DNA of 64,000 nucleotides from a virus. The notes under the pieces are model-generated. The model made no database searches, was not told the DNA's origin, and was given only the letters and a program-made list of their open reading frames with translations. The stretch's first letter is position 1. Each line of letters begins with the position of its first letter. The position numbers were made by a program, and so were the translations under genes. Positions 18,940-29,104 of this stretch are shown piece by piece. The DNA is taken from the IMG/VR virus record IMGVR_UViG_3300035696_001556, positions 1 to 64,000 of that record; one strand, 5' to 3'.

Positions 18940-20822
18940 TGACTATTTCAAAACTTTGTGCAAATTTCATAAAGAACACTACAAAGTCCACGATAACGGG
19001 CGAAAAGAATATCGTGGAGTTTTGTACTGCCGAATGGGGCCTTGGCTTAGGTACGGTTCAAGATGTCCCACCACTATCCCCAGCTCAAATGTTTATACTT
19101 AAATGCTATTACGGCCTTGAGCCAGATGATAGCAGCAATAGGAATATTATTATAAATGATCAATTTAATGAGGTTGAAAAATATCGTTTTAATGAAAAAG
19201 AATACATAGACTATCTTTACAATGAGGGAAGAATAAACGTAACGAATATAGAGCATCCTTATAATAACATTGTTCTAATTGCGGGAAGAAGAGGGGGGAA
19301 AACCCTGATTACGTCTTGTATAGTAGCGTATGAGACTTATAAGTTGTTAAGCAAATACAGTCCTCAGGAATTTTTTGGATTAATGCCGGAGTCTGATATA
19401 CGTCTTACGGGGATTTCTACAAGTAAAGAGACAGCCTCAGAGTTATTTAATGCTGTCACTGGTCATCTTGATAGGTCTGAATTTTTCAGAAGATATAGAC
19501 TACAAGGTACAAAGCAGTCCATGTATCTTCAGACTCAAAGGGATATAGACAAGTTTGGTAGAAATAATAGAGCTACCGTTTCGATACACATAGCTCCTTG
19601 CAGTGCTAAAGGTGTGCGCGGTCACAGCAACATAACCGTCTGTCTTGACGAGATGGCCCATTTTTTTGAAGACGAAAAATCAAAAGGTTTAGTTACTGGT
19701 AGCGATCATAACGATAGATCAATTTATAACGCGGTTACGCCTTCCATAGCCAGATTTAAAGGTGCCAAGGACAAAAAATTTTACGGAAAGATTATATGCA
19801 TCTCTTCACCAGGTGTGAAGGCAGGTAAATTTTATGAAGAATACGAAAGATCTTTTAAAAAGGATGTAAAGGATCTTTTGATGATGCAATTACCGTCATG
19901 GGAAATGTACCCAGATCTTTCTACTGAGTACTTAAGAAGTAAATTTAGTGAAAATCCAATAGTTTTTAGAGCGGAGCACGGAGCTGCATTTGACGATAGA
20001 TTGAAAGGTTGGATAGAAGATCCTGAAGTTGTACGCCAGAATGTCGTTCCAAGTTTAAGGTATAAGGATAGGTCGTCCGAACGTGTCCCTCACTTCATGG
20101 GGATCGATATAGGACTAAAAGGCGACGGTACCTCTATCTGTATTTGTCATCATGTCCAGGAAGTAGTTCAGGGTATCCGTGAAATTATGATAGAGATAGA
20201 TACTGCCGAAGTCCGTTATGCCGAAAAGGAAAACAAAGCGCGTTTTGTCCCAGATGAACTGGCGGATTGGATAGCTTCTTTTTGTCCAAGGTTTTACATA
20301 ATCAAGGGTCTTATGGACCAGTGGTATGGTATGAGCATAGTGCCAATATTAGAGGGCAAAGGCTTAAAACAGTTCGAGATGAGACAGTTTAATGAAAACT
20401 TGAACTCGACCATCTATCAGAATTTGTTGACCCATTTCATATCACAGACATTACACATACCGTCTGTGGATCGTATACAAGGTAAAGTAGACGCCGATAC
20501 GACGCTGATTGCGGAAATACTGTCTTTGCAATCTTATCAGAAATCCAAGTATATAATAGATGTGCATGCACCTGATCGTGAGGGAGCGCATGACGATTTA
20601 TCTGATGCTTTATCAAGAGCAGTATTGCTGGCTTCAGAGTACAAGTCAAAAGGATATGGGCATAGCCTAGGGACGATCATGACCGGGCAACAAAGGTCTT
20701 TCAGAATATCCAGGGCTAAAGAAATAATGAGAGCCAATCTTAATAGACCTTCAAGAGGCGGAATGACCGGTCGGGATATATTTAGCAGAAGTATACGAAG
20801 TGGCTTAACAAGAGTTAGATAA
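18939..20822 (+). CDS. terL: Terminase large subunit
   Basis: Walker A GRRGGKT, Walker B VCLDEMAHF, ISSP, nuclease motifs MGIDIG and HDDLSDA. Confidence 0.9.
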   Translation: MTISKLCANFIKNTTKSTITGEKNIVEFCTAEWGLGLGTVQDVPPLSPAQMFILKCYYGLEPDDSSNRNIIINDQFNEVEKYRFNEKEYIDYLYNEGRINVTNIEHPYNNIVLIAGRRGGKTLITSCIVAYETYKLLSKYSPQEFFGLMPESDIRLTGISTSKETASELFNAVTGHLDRSEFFRRYRLQGTKQSMYLQTQRDIDKFGRNNRATVSIHIAPCSAKGVRGHSNITVCLDEMAHFFEDEKSKGLVTGSDHNDRSIYNAVTPSIARFKGAKDKKFYGKIICISSPGVKAGKFYEEYERSFKKDVKDLLMMQLPSWEMYPDLSTEYLRSKFSENPIVFRAEHGAAFDDRLKGWIEDPEVVRQNVVPSLRYKDRSSERVPHFMGIDIGLKGDGTSICICHHVQEVVQGIREIMIEIDTAEVRYAEKENKARFVPDELADWIASFCPRFYIIKGLMDQWYGMSIVPILEGKGLKQFEMRQFNENLNSTIYQNLLTHFISQTLHIPSVDRIQGKVDADTTLIAEILSLQSYQKSKYIIDVHAPDREGAHDDLSDALSRAVLLASEYKSKGYGHSLGTIMTGQQRSFRISRAKEIMRANLNRPSRGGMTGRDIFSRSIRSGLTRVR

Positions 20823-20831
20823 GGATTAAAA

Positions 20832-23800
20832 ATGAGTTCAATACCATTTCACGGGAACTGGTACTCAGACATAATCGTCTATGACGAACGCCTGAAATAT
20901 TATTACATGTGGGCTCGTAAAAATAGACCGTTGCTAGACGATGAAGTCAGGAATATGAATTTGGAGATAGTGGATCAGATTAGAAGATCCATGCAGAAAA
21001 CTTATGGAACGGTAGGATCACCCACAGAAGTTTATTCCAATAGCTCAGAAACAGGTGCAAACAATTCTTTTGAAATAATTCAATCTGCTACGGACATCGA
21101 CAATAACTTTACGATAATTGGTGGTGCCGGGATAGAGAATCCAGCAGTCCTGTTTGCAAAAGGTTTTTATATCTTTCTAACTGGAAGTATTGATTATAAT
21201 CAACAGGGCGTAAGTGGAGCTATTACAGATCCTACATATACAGAAACGAATATCCCTTCTTTGACTACTCCTACATCTGAACGCGTAGATGTTGTTTACA
21301 TAGATCTTCATTTTTCTGAAGCATCCGCAGTTGAAGGACCTAATCAAAGCGAATATACTGATACAAATCTTAGAAATCCTATTATAGGAACTGAGACTGC
21401 AAATAGAGCCAGAGCCGTTTTTGATATACGTGTTTGGGAAAATTGGAGATTCTCAAATGCTGACGGTTCTCCTCGTACTTCTCCGTGCCCTCAGATAAAT
21501 GAAAATATTTTTACTTCTACGGATTTCTTAGGGGCTATTGATGCAGCAATGGTAAGCGATCCTAATCCGATGGATAAGCATTATCTTATCCCTATCGCTA
21601 TTTTGGATCGACCTGCCCTACAAAGTGAAATTTATAGTTCGAATATTCTGAACCTTTTGGATTTGTATAATAAAAGGACACTGAATCTTTCTGAAATTAC
21701 ATACAGAATAAATCATGGTGGTTTCACCCAGAACGATGTTAATGAAGTTAATTTAATGACCACGTATCCAGGTTTGACAGGCCTGGTGGTTGCGCGTTAT
21801 CCAGATGCGAAAGTAGACGAATCTGCATATGCCACGGGAGCCAATGAAGGCATAGGAACTGAATCTTTCAATACAGGCTCGGTTACTCCTCGTGTTTTGG
21901 ATAATACTGGTAAATTCGCCGTTGGAGGGATATTAATAGGTCGAGAGACGGGAACTTCTCTCTATCCTGTGACTGGACCTGAAAGCTTATGCCCAGGAGA
22001 ACTAGTAGCGAAAGATATCTCAGCCAAGTCTATTTATGTAGGATATGATCGTACCGTAACAGGAGTCCGTCAATATCTTGATCGTGTAAACATAAACATG
22101 CAGGGTATGACTGGTAACGCAGGCCTGAATATTATAAATACAACAGGAGCTACGGGTACATCCTGTCTTACCATCACAACAAATGAGACTGGTGGAAACT
22201 TCATCAGCGTAGATTATGAAGGAAGATTAGGTATAGACACAAACGTTCCTGGGTGGTCTGGTCCAGATGTCGATTGGCAGACGACAACTAGATTTACAGG
22301 GACATCTGATGTTGTCGACATAGTCCTTGATGTTAATGCTTCTACTCGCACAACTCAACATGCCTTTGTGGACAAAGATATTTATATTAAAAGAGATTCA
22401 TATGGTCTTTCCTGGAAGATACCAGGTTTGATAGGTAGCAATTGTCCTGTTGTTTTTGGTGTTACAGGTGTACCAAAATATGGTCTTACAGGATCTCCTG
22501 CAAGTTTACAGGTAGTTCCTGGTATAGCTGTTATGGGAGCAACCGGAGTTCTGAAAGGATATACCGGGAATTATGGTTTTTATGAAGCTTATGATGCAAA
22601 TGGTGCAAGACTCTATACTATAGGTAGCGAGGGAGATCCTTATGATAGACAAGTGCTTTCACTCTATGGTACTTCTGAGCGAGCCGTTTTTGAAGCATCT
22701 TTCACAGACTCTAGCAACGATACCTATGCTATAAATTTCTACAATTTTCCTACTGATTTAAGCATAAATCCAGTTTTTTACAGCACCCCGTTGGAAGTGG
22801 GAGATGTTATTAATTATGGCATTACATTGGAAGATGAGCCAGGTCTAACTGGATCTACTACAGTTACATGTGGAGGATATACTGGATTATACGAAGTTGC
22901 CTCCTATATCAATAGTCCGACAGGTCTTGGTTTCTACAGGATATTTGCAGCTACTGGGGCTCTAACCAGACCAGGATCTCCTCCAGGCTCTCCTCCTTAT
23001 ACAGGTCCGATAACATATTTTGGATATACAGGAACTGCAATTGGAGCTGCAGTGACAGATGATGGTAATTATCTACGTTTTCTTCTCAAATCTATGCCTG
23101 AAATCAATTTGACTGTAGAAAATTTGACGATGGATATCCAGAGAGCAGGAGTGTCCGGTGTCTACAATCTCCCAATAGGTTCTATACCGAGCGGATTTTT
23201 TGGCTCAGGTTTGTACGGCGGAGATATCGTAGATCTCAGGTTTGTGAAATTCGATCTTGGTGAAGGTGCAGATGCCTTCATGTTCAATGGAGATGTTTAT
23301 TTTAATGGCGGTGGTGTACTCAATAAAGTTACCTTTAGCCCAACAGCGATGTTCAGGGATAATGTATATGTCTATGGTACACTGTTCTCAGATATGTTGA
23401 TGATACAGCTTGCACAATTCATAAATTTGCAGGTATCCAGGGATATCCAGGTAAATGAATACATAAGCGTAGTCGACGGCTTAGCCGTAGGTTTCGGACC
23501 AACTGCAGTTGGTGGTATAAATGCTCTCCAGACGCTTTCTGGGACTCTTCTTGATACCCAGTATAATATTCTGGAGCTTGTGCAAGGTGGGATACGAGCC
23601 AACAATCTGAATCTATATTTTGGGCAGCAGTCGGATTACTCAGACTTCGGTATCAAATGGGACCTAGCTTGGTATCAAAACCAAGCCAACGTTACTGTCT
23701 ATGTTCTCATGAACGGTGGAACTATCTATGATTCGACAAAGCCTTTCGGCATACATATCATAGATAATAGACAAATCACTGAAGGATTTTATAACACTTT

Positions 23801-25106
23801 TGTTATCGAAGGTAGCGATAATTACGGTTCTCCACCTACTTATTTCGATGTTCTGTTGTGGGTCAAAGGAGATCTACAAGTAGGTACAACTGACTTGGGA
23901 AGCTCTGGTAATATCTGTGCTAAGAGTATTACTCTGGGTACAGGTTTAAGCCAGGACACTCAATATGTTCTGTCTTTGAAGAGCGGAACGGCTTTCATTG
24001 ATAGTCTGACTGTTAACAGTATCCAGTATTCGGCTACAAACCCGACGAGTGCAGCCTTTTTTACGAATCCGCAGAATATTATTGTGGTTCAGCCTACAGT
24101 CGGGGATGTCTCGTTCAATAAGACTCAAGGGATATTGCGTACCAAGGAGTTCTCATTTGATACATACACCAATCCTCCAGCGGTGTTGAGCAATCTACCG
24201 GCTCTTGGAGGAATATCTCAAACAGATCCTAACAACAATGATTATCACAGTATCGCTATTAGTACTCCTTCTTCTGGAAGCGGTGCTCGTTGGGCAAACG
24301 ATACTTTGTCATTTACTGAAGAACAAGTTTCAACATACTCTGCTAGCGGGACGGATATAGTAACCACTGACTTCAATACGCCTGCTAATAAAAATAATTT
24401 CTTACTCTACAGGGATAATTTTAACAGAATCATTGTTGCCAACTTCGGCACGCTGGATATTAAATGGTATGGATATTCTAACATACCAACAACGCCCGAT
24501 GACATAGTTGATTATCCTTTTGTTAACGGAGCCAGACAAATTCCTATATCTATTTTAACCCTCTCTAATCAGATTATATCATATACGTTTACTTCGTCTT
24601 TGTTTAAAGCAGATCAAAGCGGTAATAATACTTTTGATTGGCAGAGCCCTACAAACAACTTTGTTACGAGTGTTAAAGCAGCTTTTAATGATAATAATTT
24701 CTCAACGAATTCTCTGTTTATATTAAATAAAATGCTTGGAATATGTATACCTTTCGATGGGTGGTGGGTACATGAAACACAAACAGGGTCGTTCTATGAA
24801 AGAGTGCTTTATTATCCGTTTGTAAGCAGTAGAAATACTTCAAGTTCAATAGTTCTAAACTCTCCAAACAACTTTAACGTTGTGCCTTTTGATCAACAGT
24901 ATGAAGGTGGACCAGATATGTGGGAAATGGCGATATATCCAAGAATTGTAGAGCAGAAAGTTTATAATATAACTACTCAAAATTTAAATGTAAGTAGCCC
25001 TAATAGTATCTATGAGGGAATCTGGAATGTCGATGTAGTGATTTATCCTACAACTTCTGGAAGTCTTAATAATCTCGTGGGTAATTTACTAATATCCTAT
25101 ATGTAA
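20832..25106 (+). CDS. Large virion structural protein (baseplate/tail-fibre-like)
   Basis: 1424 aa, rich in Gly/Thr/Ser/Asn; N-terminal RPLLDDEVRN...R.DVVYIDL...ETANR pattern seen in baseplate/fibre proteins. Confidence 0.6.
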   Translation: MSSIPFHGNWYSDIIVYDERLKYYYMWARKNRPLLDDEVRNMNLEIVDQIRRSMQKTYGTVGSPTEVYSNSSETGANNSFEIIQSATDIDNNFTIIGGAGIENPAVLFAKGFYIFLTGSIDYNQQGVSGAITDPTYTETNIPSLTTPTSERVDVVYIDLHFSEASAVEGPNQSEYTDTNLRNPIIGTETANRARAVFDIRVWENWRFSNADGSPRTSPCPQINENIFTSTDFLGAIDAAMVSDPNPMDKHYLIPIAILDRPALQSEIYSSNILNLLDLYNKRTLNLSEITYRINHGGFTQNDVNEVNLMTTYPGLTGLVVARYPDAKVDESAYATGANEGIGTESFNTGSVTPRVLDNTGKFAVGGILIGRETGTSLYPVTGPESLCPGELVAKDISAKSIYVGYDRTVTGVRQYLDRVNINMQGMTGNAGLNIINTTGATGTSCLTITTNETGGNFISVDYEGRLGIDTNVPGWSGPDVDWQTTTRFTGTSDVVDIVLDVNASTRTTQHAFVDKDIYIKRDSYGLSWKIPGLIGSNCPVVFGVTGVPKYGLTGSPASLQVVPGIAVMGATGVLKGYTGNYGFYEAYDANGARLYTIGSEGDPYDRQVLSLYGTSERAVFEASFTDSSNDTYAINFYNFPTDLSINPVFYSTPLEVGDVINYGITLEDEPGLTGSTTVTCGGYTGLYEVASYINSPTGLGFYRIFAATGALTRPGSPPGSPPYTGPITYFGYTGTAIGAAVTDDGNYLRFLLKSMPEINLTVENLTMDIQRAGVSGVYNLPIGSIPSGFFGSGLYGGDIVDLRFVKFDLGEGADAFMFNGDVYFNGGGVLNKVTFSPTAMFRDNVYVYGTLFSDMLMIQLAQFINLQVSRDIQVNEYISVVDGLAVGFGPTAVGGINALQTLSGTLLDTQYNILELVQGGIRANNLNLYFGQQSDYSDFGIKWDLAWYQNQANVTVYVLMNGGTIYDSTKPFGIHIIDNRQITEGFYNTFVIEGSDNYGSPPTYFDVLLWVKGDLQVGTTDLGSSGNICAKSITLGTGLSQDTQYVLSLKSGTAFIDSLTVNSIQYSATNPTSAAFFTNPQNIIVVQPTVGDVSFNKTQGILRTKEFSFDTYTNPPAVLSNLPALGGISQTDPNNNDYHSIAISTPSSGSGARWANDTLSFTEEQVSTYSASGTDIVTTDFNTPANKNNFLLYRDNFNRIIVANFGTLDIKWYGYSNIPTTPDDIVDYPFVNGARQIPISILTLSNQIISYTFTSSLFKADQSGNNTFDWQSPTNNFVTSVKAAFNDNNFSTNSLFILNKMLGICIPFDGWWVHETQTGSFYERVLYYPFVSSRNTSSSIVLNSPNNFNVVPFDQQYEGGPDMWEMAIYPRIVEQKVYNITTQNLNVSSPNSIYEGIWNVDVVIYPTTSGSLNNLVGNLLISYM

Positions 25107-25135
25107 AAAGGAGCCTATAATTTAGGCTCCTTTTT
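25105..25135. terminator. Bidirectional intrinsic terminator
   Basis: aaaaaggagccta-taatt-taggctccttttt between convergent genes. Confidence 0.85.
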
Positions 25136-25148
25136 CTCTACTATCAAT

Positions 25149-26087
25149 CTACTTTATTAATATATTCAATCCTGCTACTTTTGATATATACACTCCTTTT
25201 GCGATAACTTGAGACGGTATTCGTCTTCCAAGAAAATTGTAGTATATGGTAGATGATGACGGTCGCTTAGATTCCGAAGGTTTTACAATAATTTTTGTAG
25301 ACATATAGATACGTTGGGTCGTCTTCCAGTTTGGATCAATCGCAACTTGATCCAGAAGAGAAGACACATTAGAGAGGCAATTGTAGTCTATACCTATTTT
25401 GGCGCTTTTATTCGCAAGGTCCTGTAACAGACTCACGGGTAGCGTGTAAAGATTATTGCTATCCAGATTTATTAGTTTGCAAACAGCCCCTACCGTTAGT
25501 CCGGAAATATCTGAAATGCTGTCACCCTGCAATAGCAAGTTCTGTATACTATCCAGTGCAAAAGAAAAAGATTTAAGACCTCTGTCGTGAGTTATTGCCA
25601 GCCCTTTTAAATAACTGAGATTACAATTTATGGCGCTGATATTAGAGGAATCAATATCAAGCTGAGTCATATATTTATTTATTCCACTGATTGAAGTTAG
25701 ATTGTGACATCCGAATATATCTAGCTCACCCAGGTAGAGGAGATTTCCTATATTACTGGTAATTTTCTTCAGCCAAGATGAACTTGTTATTACTATCTTA
25801 TAAATTCGATAAGTCCCTACTACGGCATTCAAAACATCAAGAGGAGCTTTAGTATCGCCAGTAATTGTGGTGATATAGGGAAGGCAAGAACCAGTGTATC
25901 CGTTACTGTCGAGAATAGCAGTAAGAACTAAAGTATCTTCTCCCCAAGCAGGATTTTCTACGGCTGATGTAGGATATCCATCCACCGCAGTGTTATAAAA
26001 ATAACTTAGAGTGGGACGTACTTGCCCCGCTCCCAAAGAAACAATCGCCAGAACCATCATCGCAATCACCGTGATACTCCTCTTCAT
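25149..26087 (-). CDS. Secreted leucine-rich-repeat protein with T9SS-type C-terminal sorting-like tail
   Basis: Signal peptide; LRRs (IGNLLYLGELDI, LINLDSNNLYTLP); tail YYNFLGRRI...KGVYISK. Confidence 0.65.
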   Translation of the reverse strand: MKRSITVIAMMVLAIVSLGAGQVRPTLSYFYNTAVDGYPTSAVENPAWGEDTLVLTAILDSNGYTGSCLPYITTITGDTKAPLDVLNAVVGTYRIYKIVITSSSWLKKITSNIGNLLYLGELDIFGCHNLTSISGINKYMTQLDIDSSNISAINCNLSYLKGLAITHDRGLKSFSFALDSIQNLLLQGDSISDISGLTVGAVCKLINLDSNNLYTLPVSLLQDLANKSAKIGIDYNCLSNVSSLLDQVAIDPNWKTTQRIYMSTKIIVKPSESKRPSSSTIYYNFLGRRIPSQVIAKGVYISKVAGLNILIK

Positions 26088-26095
26088 AAGGCCTC

Positions 26096-26569
26096 CTAAA
26101 ACGTTAAAGTTGGAATAAAATGAATGATTTTATACGTCTTCAAGACTCTTTTGGTATCGAAGTCCGATTCTTGCATCAGGATCTGAATAACAGAACTGAT
26201 ATAAGAGAAAGCTATGATGTTGGCTTTGGAGCCTCCGTAGGAATCCCCAATCCTTATACAAGTCTTCCCGTTGGTTTTTACGGCGTATCCAATCAAATAT
26301 GTGCGCCCATTACCGTATCCACCGGCACACTGCATGACTGTCACAGCAGCAGATTTCTTATCGTTGGAGATAGCCGTCAGCCCGTGGTTAAAATTGAGTT
26401 GATAATAGTCAGCATCAAAATCGCTGGAGTCCCTGTACGCTCCAGCAGTGAGCTGCATAGTGTCTCTACCGTCGATGAGAGTGGCTCCCAGGAGATCAGG
26501 TGTTGAGATCGTCTCCTGGCCATATACCAGGCTCACAAGAACCGTAAGACCTAAAAGAACCTTATTCAT
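26096..26569 (-). CDS. Secreted hypothetical protein
   Basis: Signal peptide MNKVLLGLTVLVSLVYG; ggagg RBS. Confidence 0.7.
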   Translation of the reverse strand: MNKVLLGLTVLVSLVYGQETISTPDLLGATLIDGRDTMQLTAGAYRDSSDFDADYYQLNFNHGLTAISNDKKSAAVTVMQCAGGYGNGRTYLIGYAVKTNGKTCIRIGDSYGGSKANIIAFSYISSVIQILMQESDFDTKRVLKTYKIIHFIPTLTF

Positions 26570-26597
26570 CTTACCCTCCTTCTACTCCCCTACCAAT

Positions 26598-26626
26598 AAT
26601 ATACTTTTTTGTAATGGCGAATCCAA
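26598..26626 (-). promoter_or_regulatory. Sigma70-type promoter for the minus-strand moron
   Basis: Minus strand TTGGAT-17 nt-TATATT. Confidence 0.55.
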
Positions 26627-26772
26627 GATAAATTTTTCATGATGGTTTATTTATACCTCGACGGTCAGTGTATCTGTTTTAGTTTCAATGAGTTATTGGA
26701 CTTGTAATAATCTAGTATTATAGTTTTATTATATAGAAACTACATAAATATAATAGAAAGGGCGCACACACC

Positions 26773-26919
26773 ATGAAGATGAAATCAATATCTTTTTCGG
26801 ACAAAGAGGTTAAACTTATCGAAGAAGAAGCAATAAAAGAAGAAAGATCTTTCACTGAAATAGTTCGGAAAATAATAGATAGATATTTTGAAGAAAAATC
26901 TAAACTAGAAAACTTATAA
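26773..26919 (+). CDS. Ribbon-helix-helix (CopG-like) repressor, 48 aa, not in the ORF track
   Basis: MKMKSISFSDKEVKLIEEEAIKEERSFTEIVRKIIDRYFEEKSKLENL*. Confidence 0.75.
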   Translation: MKMKSISFSDKEVKLIEEEAIKEERSFTEIVRKIIDRYFEEKSKLENL

Positions 26920-27202
26920 AACGTGTGCCTGGCGAGTTGCTAACTACCATTGCAAAGTGGTTTGAATCGTGAGATTCGACGTAAGAGTTGGTTAGAGGGC
27001 TTTTAAGAGGAAACTTTTAAATGCAGAAGTTTAAAGGAAAGTTAAAGTACACACCAGGGGATGCTCCACAAGTCCCTTGCTCTGTAAATCCTGTATTAAA
27101 CAGAGACCAAAGTCTCAGTGTACAGGGTAAAGTACGGACTTTAAACAACCTCGAAGTGGATCTACTCCAACATAGAGGAGGACAGGGCTCGAGAGTTCCT
27201 GT
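26920..27202 (+). ncRNA. IscB omegaRNA (HEARO-like): 5' guide ~26920-26938 plus scaffold
   Basis: Scaffold starts GCTAACTACC (cf. GTCAACTACC) and pairs with agttggt. It contains gatgctccacaagtcc, attaaacag...cagtgt, aacctcgaagtgga and the terminal hairpin acagggctcgagagttcctgt. Confidence 0.8.
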
Positions 27203-28406
27203 TATTATCTATGTACTAAATCAGAGGGGTCAACCTCTGATGCCTTGTTCGGCTCGAACAGCTAGGATTTTAGTCAAGAAAGGAGAAGCTAAAGTCGTCA
27301 AGACTAATCCGTTTTTTGTTATTCAATTGAAAAAAGCTACCGGAGAACAGATTCAAAAATGCTCTTTGGGAATTGATTCGGGTTACAAGTATGTAGGGTT
27401 TTCTGTTATTACGGATAAAAAAGAGATAGTATGTGGGGAACTTATTTTAGATGATAAAACATCTGAGAGATTAAGAGAACGAAGCATGTATAGAAGACAT
27501 CGTAGAAGGAGATTATGGTATCGTAAATCTAGGCGCAATAATAGAAAAGCGTCAAAGGTCAAAATTCGCGGATCCAATGTGAGAAAATTTAATACTCATA
27601 TTGATTTTATAAAAAGCATTAGAAAAATAATTTGCATAAATGTAGATAGTATTACAATAGAGACTGGCAGTTTTGATATTCAAAAAATAGAAAACCCGAA
27701 TATAACAAACTTACAATATCAACAAGGACCAATGTACGGATATAAAAATATGAGGAATTTTTTAATGGCAAGAGAATCTGGAAAATGCCAAATGTGCAAT
27801 AAAGAATTTAGTAGAGGAGATAAAGCCCACATTCATCACATAATACCTGTGTCTTCTGGTGGAACAGATAGAGAGAAAAATTTATCTTTATTACACGAAA
27901 GATGTCATGCCAGACTTCATAAAAAGAAATTGTTTAATGTTTTAAATAAGAACAATCAGTACAAAGAAGCAGGATTTATGAATACTGTTAGATTAAAATA
28001 TCAGAAAATTTTACCTGATTGTAGAATAACTTATGGATATGAGACTTCTGTTAAAAGAATTGAATTAAAATTAAAAAAAGCACACCATAATGATGCTTTC
28101 GTTATAGCGGGAGGAACCAATCAAAAAAGATCTAATCCCATAGTCTTAAAACAAAAACACAGAAATAATAGAATTCTTCAAGCCAACAATAGAAAAGGTT
28201 CTAAACCTTTAATTAGAAGATGTAGATATTCTATACAACCAGGAGATACTCTATTTGTCGAAAATAAGAAGTATTTGTCTAGAGGTTGTCATGGAAATGG
28301 TAAGATGGTTCGTTGTACAGACGGTAATAATTATTTAGATTTTTATTTTAAGAGAATAGAAAAAGTATTTCATGTCGGTTCTATATATCTAGATATGCCC
28401 CAATAA
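27021..28406 (+). CDS. iscB: IscB RNA-guided endonuclease (RuvC + HNH)
   Basis: PLMP motif, GIDSG, Arg-rich bridge helix RR.RRRRLWYRK, IET, HNH HIHHI...GGTD...N...CH, HHNDA. Confidence 0.95.
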   Translation: MQKFKGKLKYTPGDAPQVPCSVNPVLNRDQSLSVQGKVRTLNNLEVDLLQHRGGQGSRVPVIIYVLNQRGQPLMPCSARTARILVKKGEAKVVKTNPFFVIQLKKATGEQIQKCSLGIDSGYKYVGFSVITDKKEIVCGELILDDKTSERLRERSMYRRHRRRRLWYRKSRRNNRKASKVKIRGSNVRKFNTHIDFIKSIRKIICINVDSITIETGSFDIQKIENPNITNLQYQQGPMYGYKNMRNFLMARESGKCQMCNKEFSRGDKAHIHHIIPVSSGGTDREKNLSLLHERCHARLHKKKLFNVLNKNNQYKEAGFMNTVRLKYQKILPDCRITYGYETSVKRIELKLKKAHHNDAFVIAGGTNQKRSNPIVLKQKHRNNRILQANNRKGSKPLIRRCRYSIQPGDTLFVENKKYLSRGCHGNGKMVRCTDGNNYLDFYFKRIEKVFHVGSIYLDMPQ

Positions 28407-28435
28407 GATTGTCTTTAGTTCTACAGCTCTACAGT

Positions 28436-28453
28436 TAATACTCTTCTAATAAA
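28436..28453 (+). promoter_or_regulatory. 18-bp conserved intergenic motif (putative phage late promoter)
   Basis: taatactcttctaataaa; see findings. Confidence 0.55.
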
Positions 28454-28520
28454 GATTCATAACTGAATAGCCCCATCTAAGTATAGGTGTATAGGGTTGT
28501 TATTTGTATTGGAGGTTTTT

Positions 28521-28772
28521 ATGCCCCCTGGGGAGCTCGGGAATGAAGGCGGAGGAAGTGACGAAAGCCAGTTTGTTGGCTACTACGAGCACCGTTATAA
28601 GCCCGAACAAACCGCTATGGAAGATGACCGCTTTGTTCAGGAAAAGGAGGATTCTAAAAAAAGACTCACTCAACAGGAACGTTTGATTCGCAAATGGAAA
28701 AAGAAAATGTGTCAACCAGAACCAAAATCTTCAGGATTACCTGATGGTGGCCCCACGCCAGGAGTAAAATAA
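28521..28772 (+). CDS. hypothetical protein (apparent target gene of the IscB guide)
   Basis: ggagg RBS before the ATG at 28521; MPPGELGNEGGG. Confidence 0.7.
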   Translation: MPPGELGNEGGGSDESQFVGYYEHRYKPEQTAMEDDRFVQEKEDSKKRLTQQERLIRKWKKKMCQPEPKSSGLPDGGPTPGVK

Positions 28773-28773
28773 A

Positions 28774-29094
28774 ATGCCAGATAATATAAACAGATCAAAA
28801 AAAGAAGTAACTGATCTAACCGTTAAGACGCAAAAAGATCTCGCAATTTTGATGAACGCTTATGACAGATTTCAATCCGACATAGAGGAAAGATTCAGAG
28901 AAGAAATGCGCGAGCAAGACGGAAAAATAGACGGTCTGGAAGATTTTTATAGTCTCAATATGATCGTCAAAAGAAATGCCCAGATGATTAGCAACTCATT
29001 GGGCATGCTTAAAAGATTGAAAGACATATCAGAGTTTAACATAGAAGAAATGACTGATACCGAATATAAAAAGATAAAAGAACTTATAGAATAA
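28774..29094 (+). CDS. hypothetical protein
   Basis: 106-aa ORF in the operon. Confidence 0.7.
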   Translation: MPDNINRSKKEVTDLTVKTQKDLAILMNAYDRFQSDIEERFREEMREQDGKIDGLEDFYSLNMIVKRNAQMISNSLGMLKRLKDISEFNIEEMTDTEYKKIKELIE

Positions 29095-29104
29095 AGGAGA
29101 TAAT

